Assembly (NCBI GenBank): GCA_001776935.1
Contig: MFDN01000001.1
Coordinates: 19,619 to 83,618, forward strand
Direction of reading: 5' to 3'
Source of the DNA: Candidatus Daviesbacteria bacterium RIFCSPLOWO2_01_FULL_39_23
GTDB taxonomy: Bacteria; Patescibacteriota; Microgenomatia; Daviesbacterales; UBA10151
DNA length: 64,000 bases
The notes under the pieces are model-generated. The model did no database searches. It saw nothing but the letters and a program-made list of their open reading frames with translations, and was not told the DNA's origin. Each line of letters begins with the position of its first letter. Position 1 is the first letter of the stretch. Positions 56,436-64,000 of the stretch are shown one piece after another. The translations under genes were made by a program, and so were the position numbers.

Positions 56436-57989
56436 ATGATTACATTAAATATTATGCCTAGAACACTTCTTATTGTGATTATATTAATAACTGGTGTTTT
56501 ATTTCGTCTTGCTCTGACAGCAAACGGGAATTTTCTTTTTCATATGGATAGCGCAAGAGATATGGTTGATGTAAGAGAGATGGTAATCTTGAAAAAGATT
56601 CGCTTAATAGGACCCACTTCTGCAATTGATGGTTTATTCAGCGGACCTGCATGGTATTATTTGTTAAGCGTCCCTTTTATACTTTCCGGGGGAGATCCAT
56701 ATGCTGCCATTCTCATGCAGATAATTCTTTGGGCAATAGGCGGTTTTTTCCTATTAAAACTGGTTAGCAGCTGGGGAAAGTGGTTAATTGTTCCCATTGG
56801 CTTTATTTGGATTGCTTCAAATCATATAGTTTTAACTAGCTTTTATGCTTTTAATCCCACCCCTGTCATGCTGCTTTCGCCCTTATTTATATATTTATTA
56901 TTTAAATATTTAGAAAACGGGAGAGCAATTTATGGGATTTTCACCTGGTTTTTAGCGGGATTATTTTTTAATTTTGAGATGAATTTTGGTGTGTTTACGC
57001 CAATAATAATTGGTTCCTTAGTATGGACAAAAAATATTAATTTAGTTAAACAAAAAGCATTCTGGATGGGGTTTGTTCTTTTTATTTTAGCTTTGATGCC
57101 GCAAATTATTTTTGATTTAAAACATCAATTCATAATGAGTAAAGCTATCTTGAGACATTTAGCAGAAAATTCAAACGCAAATATAAATTTCCCTGTACGC
57201 TTCCAGGGGACTATAGAAAGTTTCTATAATACGTTTCTGCCGACTCTTTTTAACAGTAAATTATTAACAGGAATTATATTAGTGCTTTTCATTCCCATAA
57301 TATATAGATTTTTTAAGAATGGGACAAAAGAGATAGCGGTTTTGATCAGTATCATTTTTATTTTTGTTCCATTTTTGGGGTATTTAATTTTACCTGTGAG
57401 TATTAATCCGTGGCATTTAGGAGGAGAAATGGCTGTATTGTTAGTGCTGATAGCTTTTCTGTTAAAAAAACTTATGGATGGAGGAAAATTAGATAAAACA
57501 GTTTCCTTAATTATTTCAATTATGATTATTTTTCTTGGTCTTTCTAATATTGTTAATTTTTTCATAAACGATTTTAAAAAAACCAATGAAGACCCGTCAC
57601 TTTATAGAAATGAGATTGCTGCCATAGATTATGTATACCAAAAAGCCGGGGATAGAAACTTTAAAGTTTATGACTATCTTCCATCTATAATTGATTATCC
57701 TTACCAATATTTAATTTGGTGGTATGGGTTAAAAAAATATGGCTACTTGCCGGCAGATTATGCGTATGCTCCTAACAGAACCCCCTATATTTCAAATAAA
57801 GAAAGTTTTTCCGCAACTTCCGAGTCTTTGCAGAATAGGCAGGATTCTGATTTAGTTTTTTTGATAAAGGAACCCAATAGGAATAATACGCGTTCCGGTT
57901 GGGAGGGGAACTTTATTAAAATGGAAAGTATCGAAAAGCAGAAACTGGGTTCTTTAGAAGTTGAAATTAGAAAAGAAATTATTCAATAA
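56436..57989 (+). CDS. PMT/ArnT-like GT-C membrane protein, paralog C
   Basis: FHMDSARDMVDVREMVILKKIRLIGPTSAIDGLFSGPAWYYLLSVPFI with the same first-loop pattern as the other paralogs. 517 aa polytopic. Confidence 0.55.
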   Translation: MITLNIMPRTLLIVIILITGVLFRLALTANGNFLFHMDSARDMVDVREMVILKKIRLIGPTSAIDGLFSGPAWYYLLSVPFILSGGDPYAAILMQIILWAIGGFFLLKLVSSWGKWLIVPIGFIWIASNHIVLTSFYAFNPTPVMLLSPLFIYLLFKYLENGRAIYGIFTWFLAGLFFNFEMNFGVFTPIIIGSLVWTKNINLVKQKAFWMGFVLFILALMPQIIFDLKHQFIMSKAILRHLAENSNANINFPVRFQGTIESFYNTFLPTLFNSKLLTGIILVLFIPIIYRFFKNGTKEIAVLISIIFIFVPFLGYLILPVSINPWHLGGEMAVLLVLIAFLLKKLMDGGKLDKTVSLIISIMIIFLGLSNIVNFFINDFKKTNEDPSLYRNEIAAIDYVYQKAGDRNFKVYDYLPSIIDYPYQYLIWWYGLKKYGYLPADYAYAPNRTPYISNKESFSATSESLQNRQDSDLVFLIKEPNRNNTRSGWEGNFIKMESIEKQKLGSLEVEIRKEIIQ

Positions 57990-58398
57990 TAATTAGTCTT
58001 TTGGTATTCTCTATTTTTGCGATGGAAATTTTTAGTGTATCTGCAGGCAATATCTTTTCAATCTTATCTGCCCATTCTATTAGAATAATATTATTGGAAT
58101 AAGAACAGATTTCTTCAATGCCTAATTGTTTAAGACTTTCTATATTTTCCAGTCTATAAAGGTCTATATGATAAAGAACTTTTTTTGTTTTGGGGATCTG
58201 GTGTTGCCGGATTAAAACAAAAGTCGGGGAAATTATCTTTTCTTTAATTCCTAATCCTTTTGCAAACCCCTGGGCGAAGACAGTTTTACCGGCTCCCAGT
58301 TCGCCGCTCAAAGCAAAAAAACGGCTTTTGGTTTCTTTTGTTATTTTCCTAGCTATCTGCTTTGTTTCTTCTTCTGAGTTAGATATGTACTTTTGCAT
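57979..58398 (-). CDS. tsaE: tRNA threonylcarbamoyladenosine biosynthesis protein TsaE (YjeE)
   Basis: LSGELGAGKTVFAQGFAKGLGI...ISPTFVLI P-loop pattern of TsaE. Confidence 0.8.
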   Translation of the reverse strand: MQKYISNSEEETKQIARKITKETKSRFFALSGELGAGKTVFAQGFAKGLGIKEKIISPTFVLIRQHQIPKTKKVLYHIDLYRLENIESLKQLGIEEICSYSNNIILIEWADKIEKILPADTLKISIAKIENTKRLIIIE

Positions 58399-59599
58399 TT
58401 TTATAAAAATAAATATAACCTATTAAGCCTGCTCCGGCAATTATGAATAATACTCCCAGCCCAATTAGCGGATTACTTTGTTTCTGACTTTTAACCTCAA
58501 CTTTTGTGCCTTTTATATCAGATGCAGATGAGGATGCTTTTGCTCCGGCTACGGATGCAATCTTAGGAGTGGGTTTTAATGAAGGGGTAGGTCGGGGAGA
58601 AGGTGATTTGAAAACCGAAGGCGAGGGGCTAACTTCTTTAGTGGCCTGCGGAGTTGGTGAATTGCCGCGGGATGGGTTGTCTAAGTTGTTAATTTTAACA
58701 GTTATTTCATTGCTCCAGGCCGGACCGGATCCTCCCTGGGTGTAGCGGCCGACTTTAAAAATATAATTGCCGGTTCCTTTAAAATCATTATCATTCTTGT
58801 CAGGTTTTACTTCCAAATTGCCTGACCATGTGCCGCTTGCATCAGTTGTAATCTTATATTGATCGTTGTAGTCGTCGCCATATTCGATCCAATCAGAACC
58901 ATTTTTTGTCAACCCCAAATATCTGGTACCGTCGGATTTTTTAAAGGCTCCCTTCAGATAGTAGTCAGTATTTTGGCTGTTTGGTATTGAAAGGTTAATA
59001 TTTACAGAGAATGATTGGTCGGAGTTTATTTGAGAGGGAGCATTGGAAATAGTAAATGATGAACTTGCTTGGGGAGTGGCGGTGGGTGTTGGAGATAGAG
59101 ATGGGGATGGAGATGGAGTGGGAGATGCAGATGGGGTAGGTGAAGGTGCATTAACAGCAATCTGTAGGATATTTGACCAGGTTGCAGAGGTTCCTGTCTC
59201 GGTATATCTCCCGACTTTTAGATCATATATTCCAGATATTCCGGAAAAGTTTGGATCAGAAGTCTCAACTTTTCCCCGGACAGTACCTGACCAGGAGCCA
59301 GCACCATCAGTTGTAATAGATAAAAAATTCGCGTAGTTAATTGGCGAAGGAGTCCCGTTATAATAAGAGCTGCCATTAAAAGTTGATCCGAAATAATTAT
59401 TAGTTCCTGCTGTAGCTAAAGCTAGCCTTAGTCTATAAACGGTATTGTTTGATAATCCGCTCAAAGCTGTTGATATAGAAAATTCATTATCAGTATTGAT
59501 AGATGATGGGACATTAGAGATTGTCGGTGCGGCGGCGAAAGCAAAGTTTGCTCCAAAAAAGAATAGTGAAATACTAAGAATTAGTAAGTATATTCTCAC
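58379..59599 (-). CDS. Secreted cell-surface protein with two internal repeat domains, Pro/Thr/Ser-rich linkers and C-terminal TM anchor
   Basis: Signal peptide. Repeated domain (SWSGTVRGKVETSDPNFSGISGIYDLKVGRYTETGTSATWSNILQIAV / TWSGNLEVKPDKNDNDFKGTGNYIFKVGRYTQGGSGPAWSNEITVKIN). PSPTPSASPTPSPSPSLSPTPTATP linker. C-terminal LIGLGVLFIIAGAGLIGYIYF. Confidence 0.55.
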   Translation of the reverse strand: MRIYLLILSISLFFFGANFAFAAAPTISNVPSSINTDNEFSISTALSGLSNNTVYRLRLALATAGTNNYFGSTFNGSSYYNGTPSPINYANFLSITTDGAGSWSGTVRGKVETSDPNFSGISGIYDLKVGRYTETGTSATWSNILQIAVNAPSPTPSASPTPSPSPSLSPTPTATPQASSSFTISNAPSQINSDQSFSVNINLSIPNSQNTDYYLKGAFKKSDGTRYLGLTKNGSDWIEYGDDYNDQYKITTDASGTWSGNLEVKPDKNDNDFKGTGNYIFKVGRYTQGGSGPAWSNEITVKINNLDNPSRGNSPTPQATKEVSPSPSVFKSPSPRPTPSLKPTPKIASVAGAKASSSASDIKGTKVEVKSQKQSNPLIGLGVLFIIAGAGLIGYIYFYKNAKVHI

Positions 59600-59615
59600 T
59601 ATTTAAATATTAGCA

Positions 59616-60806
59616 CTAGAGGATATGCCAATACAAAGTCACTATGCCGTTTTGATGATCCACTATTACACCTTTACCCATACTTGAACCGCCTGCAATA
59701 TTATAATTGCAGGGAGCCTGAGTTGAGTAGGCGATCCCATTATCTGATGACAAAACAGCCCTGCCGACACCTTCATAGGTTCTCGGAGCTATGTCTAAGC
59801 CGGTATGGACAGTGCCTGAAGCTTTAAATATATAATATGTATCACCGTATTCTGTGGTTATTATAGTGTCGCCCGGGTATCCACGCAAAGGAGGTCCCAA
59901 TTTTCCGCTGTTTAAGAAATTATGAGGATTTGTTCTATTTCCAACAATTCTTCCGCCTTCTACTTTAGCATTTTCAAAAACCTCAAAATGTAAATGCGGT
60001 CCGGTTGAACATCCTGTAGAGCCCATTGCAGCGATGGTTTGGCCTTTTGTAACGGATCCGATAACAGGACCAACATTAGAGATTGCCTGAGTTATAGAAG
60101 TGACTTCCGCACGCAGTTGAGCAATCAGGTTTTGATAACGGATTTCATCATTTTTGGTAACTTTCATAAGTTCGTCCTTGTCTTTTTTTTGTTGCTCCAG
60201 TTGTGCTTTATAAACACTTAAATCTTTATTTAACTTTTCAGCCTCAGTTTGTCTTGTTTGTTTATCCTGTTTCTGGTCATTGTAGGCAAGTTTTGTGGCT
60301 TGCAGTTCATAGAGTTTCTTTTTATCGTAGGCCTGTGCTACTTGAATATACTTTAATCTTTCCAAAAGCTGGGCAACTCCATGGGATGAAAAAAGCAAAT
60401 CAACAGTTGAGACAGCATTGCTGTATTTGTAAGTTTGAATTATTCTTTGAAGCAGTATTTCCGATAATTTATCCAGATTAGTACCAATTCTTTCTATTCT
60501 CGTTGCCAGGTCGTTAATTTCCCTTTTGAGCTTTTCTATTTTTAAGTTTGTTTCCTCGATTTTTAGTACCGTTACTTTAGTCTGACCATCGATAAGATCA
60601 AGTTGTGATTTTAAAGTTTTTTCCTGGTTTCTTGTATCTGCAAGCTGGGATTCCAGTTTCTGAATTTCTGCCTGTTTTTCCTGTAGTTTTTTTGTTAGTT
60701 CGCTTGAATCATCAGCAGAGACAAGGTTTATTGTTTGATGAAGAGGGTATAGAAAAAGTAAAGCTGTTAAACTAAATACAAGAAGCAATAATAGTAATTT
60801 TTTCAT
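59616..60806 (-). CDS. M23-family peptidoglycan endopeptidase with N-terminal coiled-coil (EnvC/PcsB-like architecture)
   Basis: Signal peptide, ~250-aa heptad-rich coiled-coil, C-terminal M23 motifs (GSTGCSTGPHLHFEV; HTGLDIA). Confidence 0.8.
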   Translation of the reverse strand: MKKLLLLLLVFSLTALLFLYPLHQTINLVSADDSSELTKKLQEKQAEIQKLESQLADTRNQEKTLKSQLDLIDGQTKVTVLKIEETNLKIEKLKREINDLATRIERIGTNLDKLSEILLQRIIQTYKYSNAVSTVDLLFSSHGVAQLLERLKYIQVAQAYDKKKLYELQATKLAYNDQKQDKQTRQTEAEKLNKDLSVYKAQLEQQKKDKDELMKVTKNDEIRYQNLIAQLRAEVTSITQAISNVGPVIGSVTKGQTIAAMGSTGCSTGPHLHFEVFENAKVEGGRIVGNRTNPHNFLNSGKLGPPLRGYPGDTIITTEYGDTYYIFKASGTVHTGLDIAPRTYEGVGRAVLSSDNGIAYSTQAPCNYNIAGGSSMGKGVIVDHQNGIVTLYWHIL

Positions 60807-60815
60807 CAGCGTTCA

Positions 60816-61688
60816 TTAAATTTTAAGATAACGTCTGACCGCGGCAAATGAACCTATTCCTCCCACAAAACATGCAAGTATTAAGCTCCCTCCCAGGAGC
60901 GCCATCATAAATAGCGGGTTAACCGGTAAAAATTTAACCTCCCCAATGTATCCTTGCAAGAATGGTTGAAAGTACCAAAGGCCGGCATATGTAATAGCCC
61001 AGGTTAAAATCGCTCCGGTCACACCATAAAATATTCCCTCTAAGATAAAAGGTGTTCTGATAAAATTCGGCGATGCGCCCAGTAGCCGCATAATTTCTAT
61101 CTCGTTTCTTTTGAGACGTATTTTGAATCCGATAATCATAAGTATGACTAATGTTGCAAAAACCATCAAAAATCCAACAATGGTGCCTCCGGTCACCCGA
61201 ATTACTTTAGTAAAAGATGTCAGAGTCTGTACAACATCTTGCGGAACTATCACCTCAGATATCACAGGCTCCCGTTTTAAGATTTCAGCAATCGGCTGAA
61301 GGTCCTGCGGGGTTTGGGTGGAAATCTCTAAAGAGGCCGGTAAGATATTTGCAGTTACAAGCTCAAGCAGTGCCGGATCGTTTTTATTTCTTTCCCGGTA
61401 AATTTCCAGCGCAGCTTCTTTGGAGACGAACTGGGTGCTGGTAACTCTGGTTTCCTGATGCAGTGCAGTTTCTATTAAAGATACATCCTGATTGGTGGTG
61501 CCTTCTTTGAAAAAGGCAATTACTTGCGGCTTGCTCTCAAAGTAACGTAAAGCTTCCTGCGAGCCTGCTGCCATAATTACAAAAATTTGCAAAGCTAAAA
61601 ACGTTAAAAACATCACCATTGAAGCAGCAAGCGCCTGAAAAGGAGTGCGTCTGATATTTCTTCTTGTAAATTCAATTGCCCTATTCAT
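60816..61688 (-). CDS. ftsX: Cell-division ABC transporter permease FtsX
   Basis: Four-TM topology with large extracytoplasmic loop. Immediately downstream of and overlapping ftsE. Confidence 0.8.
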   Translation of the reverse strand: MNRAIEFTRRNIRRTPFQALAASMVMFLTFLALQIFVIMAAGSQEALRYFESKPQVIAFFKEGTTNQDVSLIETALHQETRVTSTQFVSKEAALEIYRERNKNDPALLELVTANILPASLEISTQTPQDLQPIAEILKREPVISEVIVPQDVVQTLTSFTKVIRVTGGTIVGFLMVFATLVILMIIGFKIRLKRNEIEIMRLLGASPNFIRTPFILEGIFYGVTGAILTWAITYAGLWYFQPFLQGYIGEVKFLPVNPLFMMALLGGSLILACFVGGIGSFAAVRRYLKI

Positions 61689-62355
61689 ATTTTCCTTCTT
61701 TAGTGTCGCTGATTATTTTGCCTGCCTTAATCTTAATTACTCTTCTTTTTAGGGAATTAACAATTTCCTGATTGTGAGTGGACATCAATACTGTAGTGCC
61801 CCAGGAATTGATCTCGTTTAGGAGCTGGATTACTCCCCAGGCTGTTTTAGGATCAAGATCTCCGGTGGGTTCGTCTGCCAGCACTATATCAGGTTTTCCC
61901 ACGATGGCTCTGGCGATAGCGGTTCTTTGGGCCTCTCCGCCTGAGAGTTGTCTTGGGAATAGGTTTTTCTTGTCCCATATTTCTACTAATTTTAAGGTAT
62001 GTTCGACCAGTTTTGAAATTTCTTCATCGGATTTTCCCTGTACTTCTAAAGTTAAGGCTACGTTTTCAAAAACAGTTCTATCGTCTAATAATTTAAAATC
62101 TTGAAAAACCATACCGATTTTTCTTCTGAATTGAGGAATCTCGGATGTTTTTATTTTAGTTATATCAACATTGCCGAGTTTAATCTTGCCGTCGCTTGGC
62201 AGGATCTCTCTTGTAAGGATTTTAAGCAGCGAGGATTTGCCGGCTCCGGATGGTCCTACAATAAATACAAACTCGCCTTGTTTGACTTCGAGTGTAATAT
62301 CATCCAGCGCTATAGTTGCGCCAAACTTCTTTGAAACATTTTCGAATAAGATCAT
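61681..62355 (-). CDS. ftsE: Cell-division ABC transporter ATP-binding protein FtsE
   Basis: Walker A GPSGAGKSS, ABC signature LSGGEAQR, Walker B ILADEPTGDLD. Confidence 0.9.
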   Translation of the reverse strand: MILFENVSKKFGATIALDDITLEVKQGEFVFIVGPSGAGKSSLLKILTREILPSDGKIKLGNVDITKIKTSEIPQFRRKIGMVFQDFKLLDDRTVFENVALTLEVQGKSDEEISKLVEHTLKLVEIWDKKNLFPRQLSGGEAQRTAIARAIVGKPDIVLADEPTGDLDPKTAWGVIQLLNEINSWGTTVLMSTHNQEIVNSLKRRVIKIKAGKIISDTKEGKYE

Positions 62356-62397
62356 AGCAATCAGTAGCCAGATGTGTCAGAAGTTGAAGACTGACAA

Positions 62398-62838
62398 CTA
62401 CTTTATTTCTTCCACTTTACCAACATCCATTAACCAACCTTCTTTAAGGGCTTTTTGTGTTTCGCCGAAAACTTTAACCTTTTTGCCTTCATAAATAGAT
62501 AAATCTACAACCGATGAAGTTAAAGCAACAGGAACGCCTCCTTGTCTGATAAGCATATGAGTACCTTCAGTATATTCGGATGGATCAGATGGAGCGGGCT
62601 TTACTTTGACAGTGCCTTCTGCAAAATCCTTAAAAGTTTTGGTATCCTGCTGAGGGTTTTTTGCCGTGCCCAGCGAAAGAGGAGATACTTTTGAACTACC
62701 TTTGGTTGTAAGCGTGTACCCTGTCAGGGTGCCTAATACCAAAGCTGCGATGACTACACCCAAAAGAAGACGCATTGGGTTTTCTATTTTTGAGATTGGC
62801 TTCGTAATTTTTTCTTCCACTTTTGTTTGCAGATCCAT
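62398..62838 (-). CDS. Hypothetical protein with N-terminal TM anchor (146 aa)
   Basis: ORF only; signal-anchor followed by a soluble domain. Confidence 0.4.
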   Translation of the reverse strand: MDLQTKVEEKITKPISKIENPMRLLLGVVIAALVLGTLTGYTLTTKGSSKVSPLSLGTAKNPQQDTKTFKDFAEGTVKVKPAPSDPSEYTEGTHMLIRQGGVPVALTSSVVDLSIYEGKKVKVFGETQKALKEGWLMDVGKVEEIK

Positions 62839-62882
62839 AGTTATATCTTAACCATAAATAGGGTAATTTGTCTAGTGTAATG

Positions 62883-63977
62883 TTAACTGCTTGTACTCAA
62901 TTTTAATTCAGCTTCAATAAAAGGCGTTAAATCACCATCCAGCACGGCATCTGTATCAGATGTTTCCACTTCAGTCCGTAAATCTTTGACCATATGGTAA
63001 GGATGTAATACATAAGATCTGATCTGGGTTCCCCATGAAGCTTGTCTGATTTCTCCTTTAAGTTTTTCCTGTTCTTTCTTACCCTGAGCTTGTGTGAGGG
63101 CCCAAAGCTTTGCAAGCAGTAATTTCATTGCATTTTCCCTGTTTTGAAGCTGTGATCGTTCTGTTTGAGCAGTAACCGTTATTCCTGTGGGGATATGTTT
63201 TAATCTGACCGCTGTTGAGACCTTGTTGACATTTTGTCCTCCTGCGCCTCCTGATCGGAAGGCGTCAAATTCAATATCCGATTCATTAATTTCAACTTCA
63301 GAAGGATTAATCACCGGTAAAACTTCAACTAATGCAAAGGATGTTTGACGCAGTTTGTCTGCATTGAAGGGGGATTGCCTGACTAATCTGTGAGTTCCTG
63401 CTTCGCCTTTTAAGTAACCAAAGGCAAAAGCTTCATGTACGATCATAGAAACTGTTTTTATGCCTGCTTCCTCGCCCGGATCTTCATCTGTTATTTCATA
63501 TTTCCATTCCGCTTTTTCTAAATATCGTTGATACATCCTGGTCAGCATGGCAGCCCAATCCATCGCTTCAACTCCGCCGGTTCCCGAGTGGATAGAAATA
63601 ATTGCCTCAGATTCATCATGGGGGTTTGATAAAAAAAGTTTAAGTTCCAATTTATCCAAAGCTTTTTCTATTTCCCTGATTTCTGTCTTTAAATCTTCCT
63701 GCATGGAAGGCTCTTCAGAGATTTCTAAACTGTTCTGAATTCTGCTTTCCAATTCATCTAATGTTTGTAATGTCTTTTGTTTATCTGATAGCTGACGACT
63801 TAAGACTTGCGACTCCTGAGGATTATTCCAAAATCCTTCTTTCATAGTTTGAGCTTCAAGTTCCCTGACTTTTCTTTGCAAATTATCCCTGTCAATTGAG
63901 AGGGAGATTTTGTCAAATCTATCTTTTAATTCTTTGAGTTTTCCCTTTATTTCATCCATAGTGGGATTATATCTCAT
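62883..63977 (-). CDS. prfB: Peptide chain release factor 2 (contiguous ORF, no programmed frameshift)
   Basis: GGQ motif ([11 protein letters not shown]) and SPF tripeptide (RQSPFNADK), diagnostic of RF2. Single 364-aa ORF. Confidence 0.85.
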   Translation of the reverse strand: MRYNPTMDEIKGKLKELKDRFDKISLSIDRDNLQRKVRELEAQTMKEGFWNNPQESQVLSRQLSDKQKTLQTLDELESRIQNSLEISEEPSMQEDLKTEIREIEKALDKLELKLFLSNPHDESEAIISIHSGTGGVEAMDWAAMLTRMYQRYLEKAEWKYEITDEDPGEEAGIKTVSMIVHEAFAFGYLKGEAGTHRLVRQSPFNADKLRQTSFALVEVLPVINPSEVEINESDIEFDAFRSGGAGGQNVNKVSTAVRLKHIPTGITVTAQTERSQLQNRENAMKLLLAKLWALTQAQGKKEQEKLKGEIRQASWGTQIRSYVLHPYHMVKDLRTEVETSDTDAVLDGDLTPFIEAELKLSTSS

Positions 63978-64000
63978 ATATTCTTGCCGGACTACAGTAC

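Noticed and set aside
62883-63977. Programmed +1 frameshift site in prfB
   Set aside because: The RF2 ORF is contiguous from an ATG at ~63975-63977, and no in-frame UGA or CUU UGA motif near codon 25 was found; the gene appears unframeshifted.
1-64000. CRISPR arrays, integrases, transposases, toxin-antitoxin or known defense-system genes
   Set aside because: No regularly spaced direct repeats and no recognisable recombinase, transposase or defense-domain proteins were found in any frame. The only repeats are the small hairpin/IR elements reported.

Overview
This 64 kb window reads as a low-GC (~38-40%) bacterial chromosome segment with dense, mostly housekeeping coding. There are no CRISPR arrays, integrases or transposases.

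Gene content (class I lysyl-tRNA synthetase, B12-dependent class II ribonucleotide reductase with NrdR, membrane H+-pyrophosphatase, CcdA-like thiol transporters, many PMT/ArnT-like GT-C membrane glycosyltransferases, Pro/Thr-rich surface proteins) fits a Patescibacteria/CPR-like or other reduced-genome organism. That placement is an inference only. The standard code (UGA = stop) appears to be in use and an RF2 gene is present.

Main content, in order:
- Divergent 2-hydroxyacid dehydrogenase and SDR genes flank a complex inverted repeat.
- A long copper-homeostasis operon follows on the + strand: csoR with a palindromic operator, a DUF1573 protein, Cys-rich hypothetical proteins, a CcdA-like membrane protein with di-Cys motifs, several small membrane proteins, a cupredoxin-like protein, copA, a membrane protein fused to a cupredoxin-like domain, and copZ.
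- Cell-wall genes come next: an L,D-transpeptidase, a DacA-like carboxypeptidase, and a 1000-aa secreted lectin-domain lipase flanked by two copies of a 34-bp hairpin element.
- Then cyclophilin, nrdR, nrdJ and a CobA-type adenosyltransferase.
- lon sits behind a CIRCE-like site.
- An H+-PPase, a two-component pair, and tRNA-Glu(CTC) with a duplicated 3' end follow.
- greA precedes two unknown genes.
- Next are a class I LysRS fused to a C-terminal B3/4 domain, two HD hydrolases, serS, secA, and a 7-gene cluster of GT-C-fold membrane glycosyltransferase-like proteins (PMT/ArnT-like x6 including 5 paralogs, plus YfhO).
- A second two-component pair, a structured intergenic element, nnrD, a GS-family gene, a CofE-like gene, VOC, a GalE-like epimerase, tsaE and a Pro/Thr/Ser-rich surface protein come before the ftsE-ftsX-M23 peptidase operon and prfB (RF2).

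The most novel-looking parts are the expanded GT-C glycosyltransferase cluster with its putative Ser/Thr/Pro-rich substrates, the unusual Cys-rich and cupredoxin-like accessories of the copper locus, and the LysRS-B3/4 fusion.

Coordinates worked out by counting bases can be off by 1-2 nt. ORF-track coordinates were used where possible.
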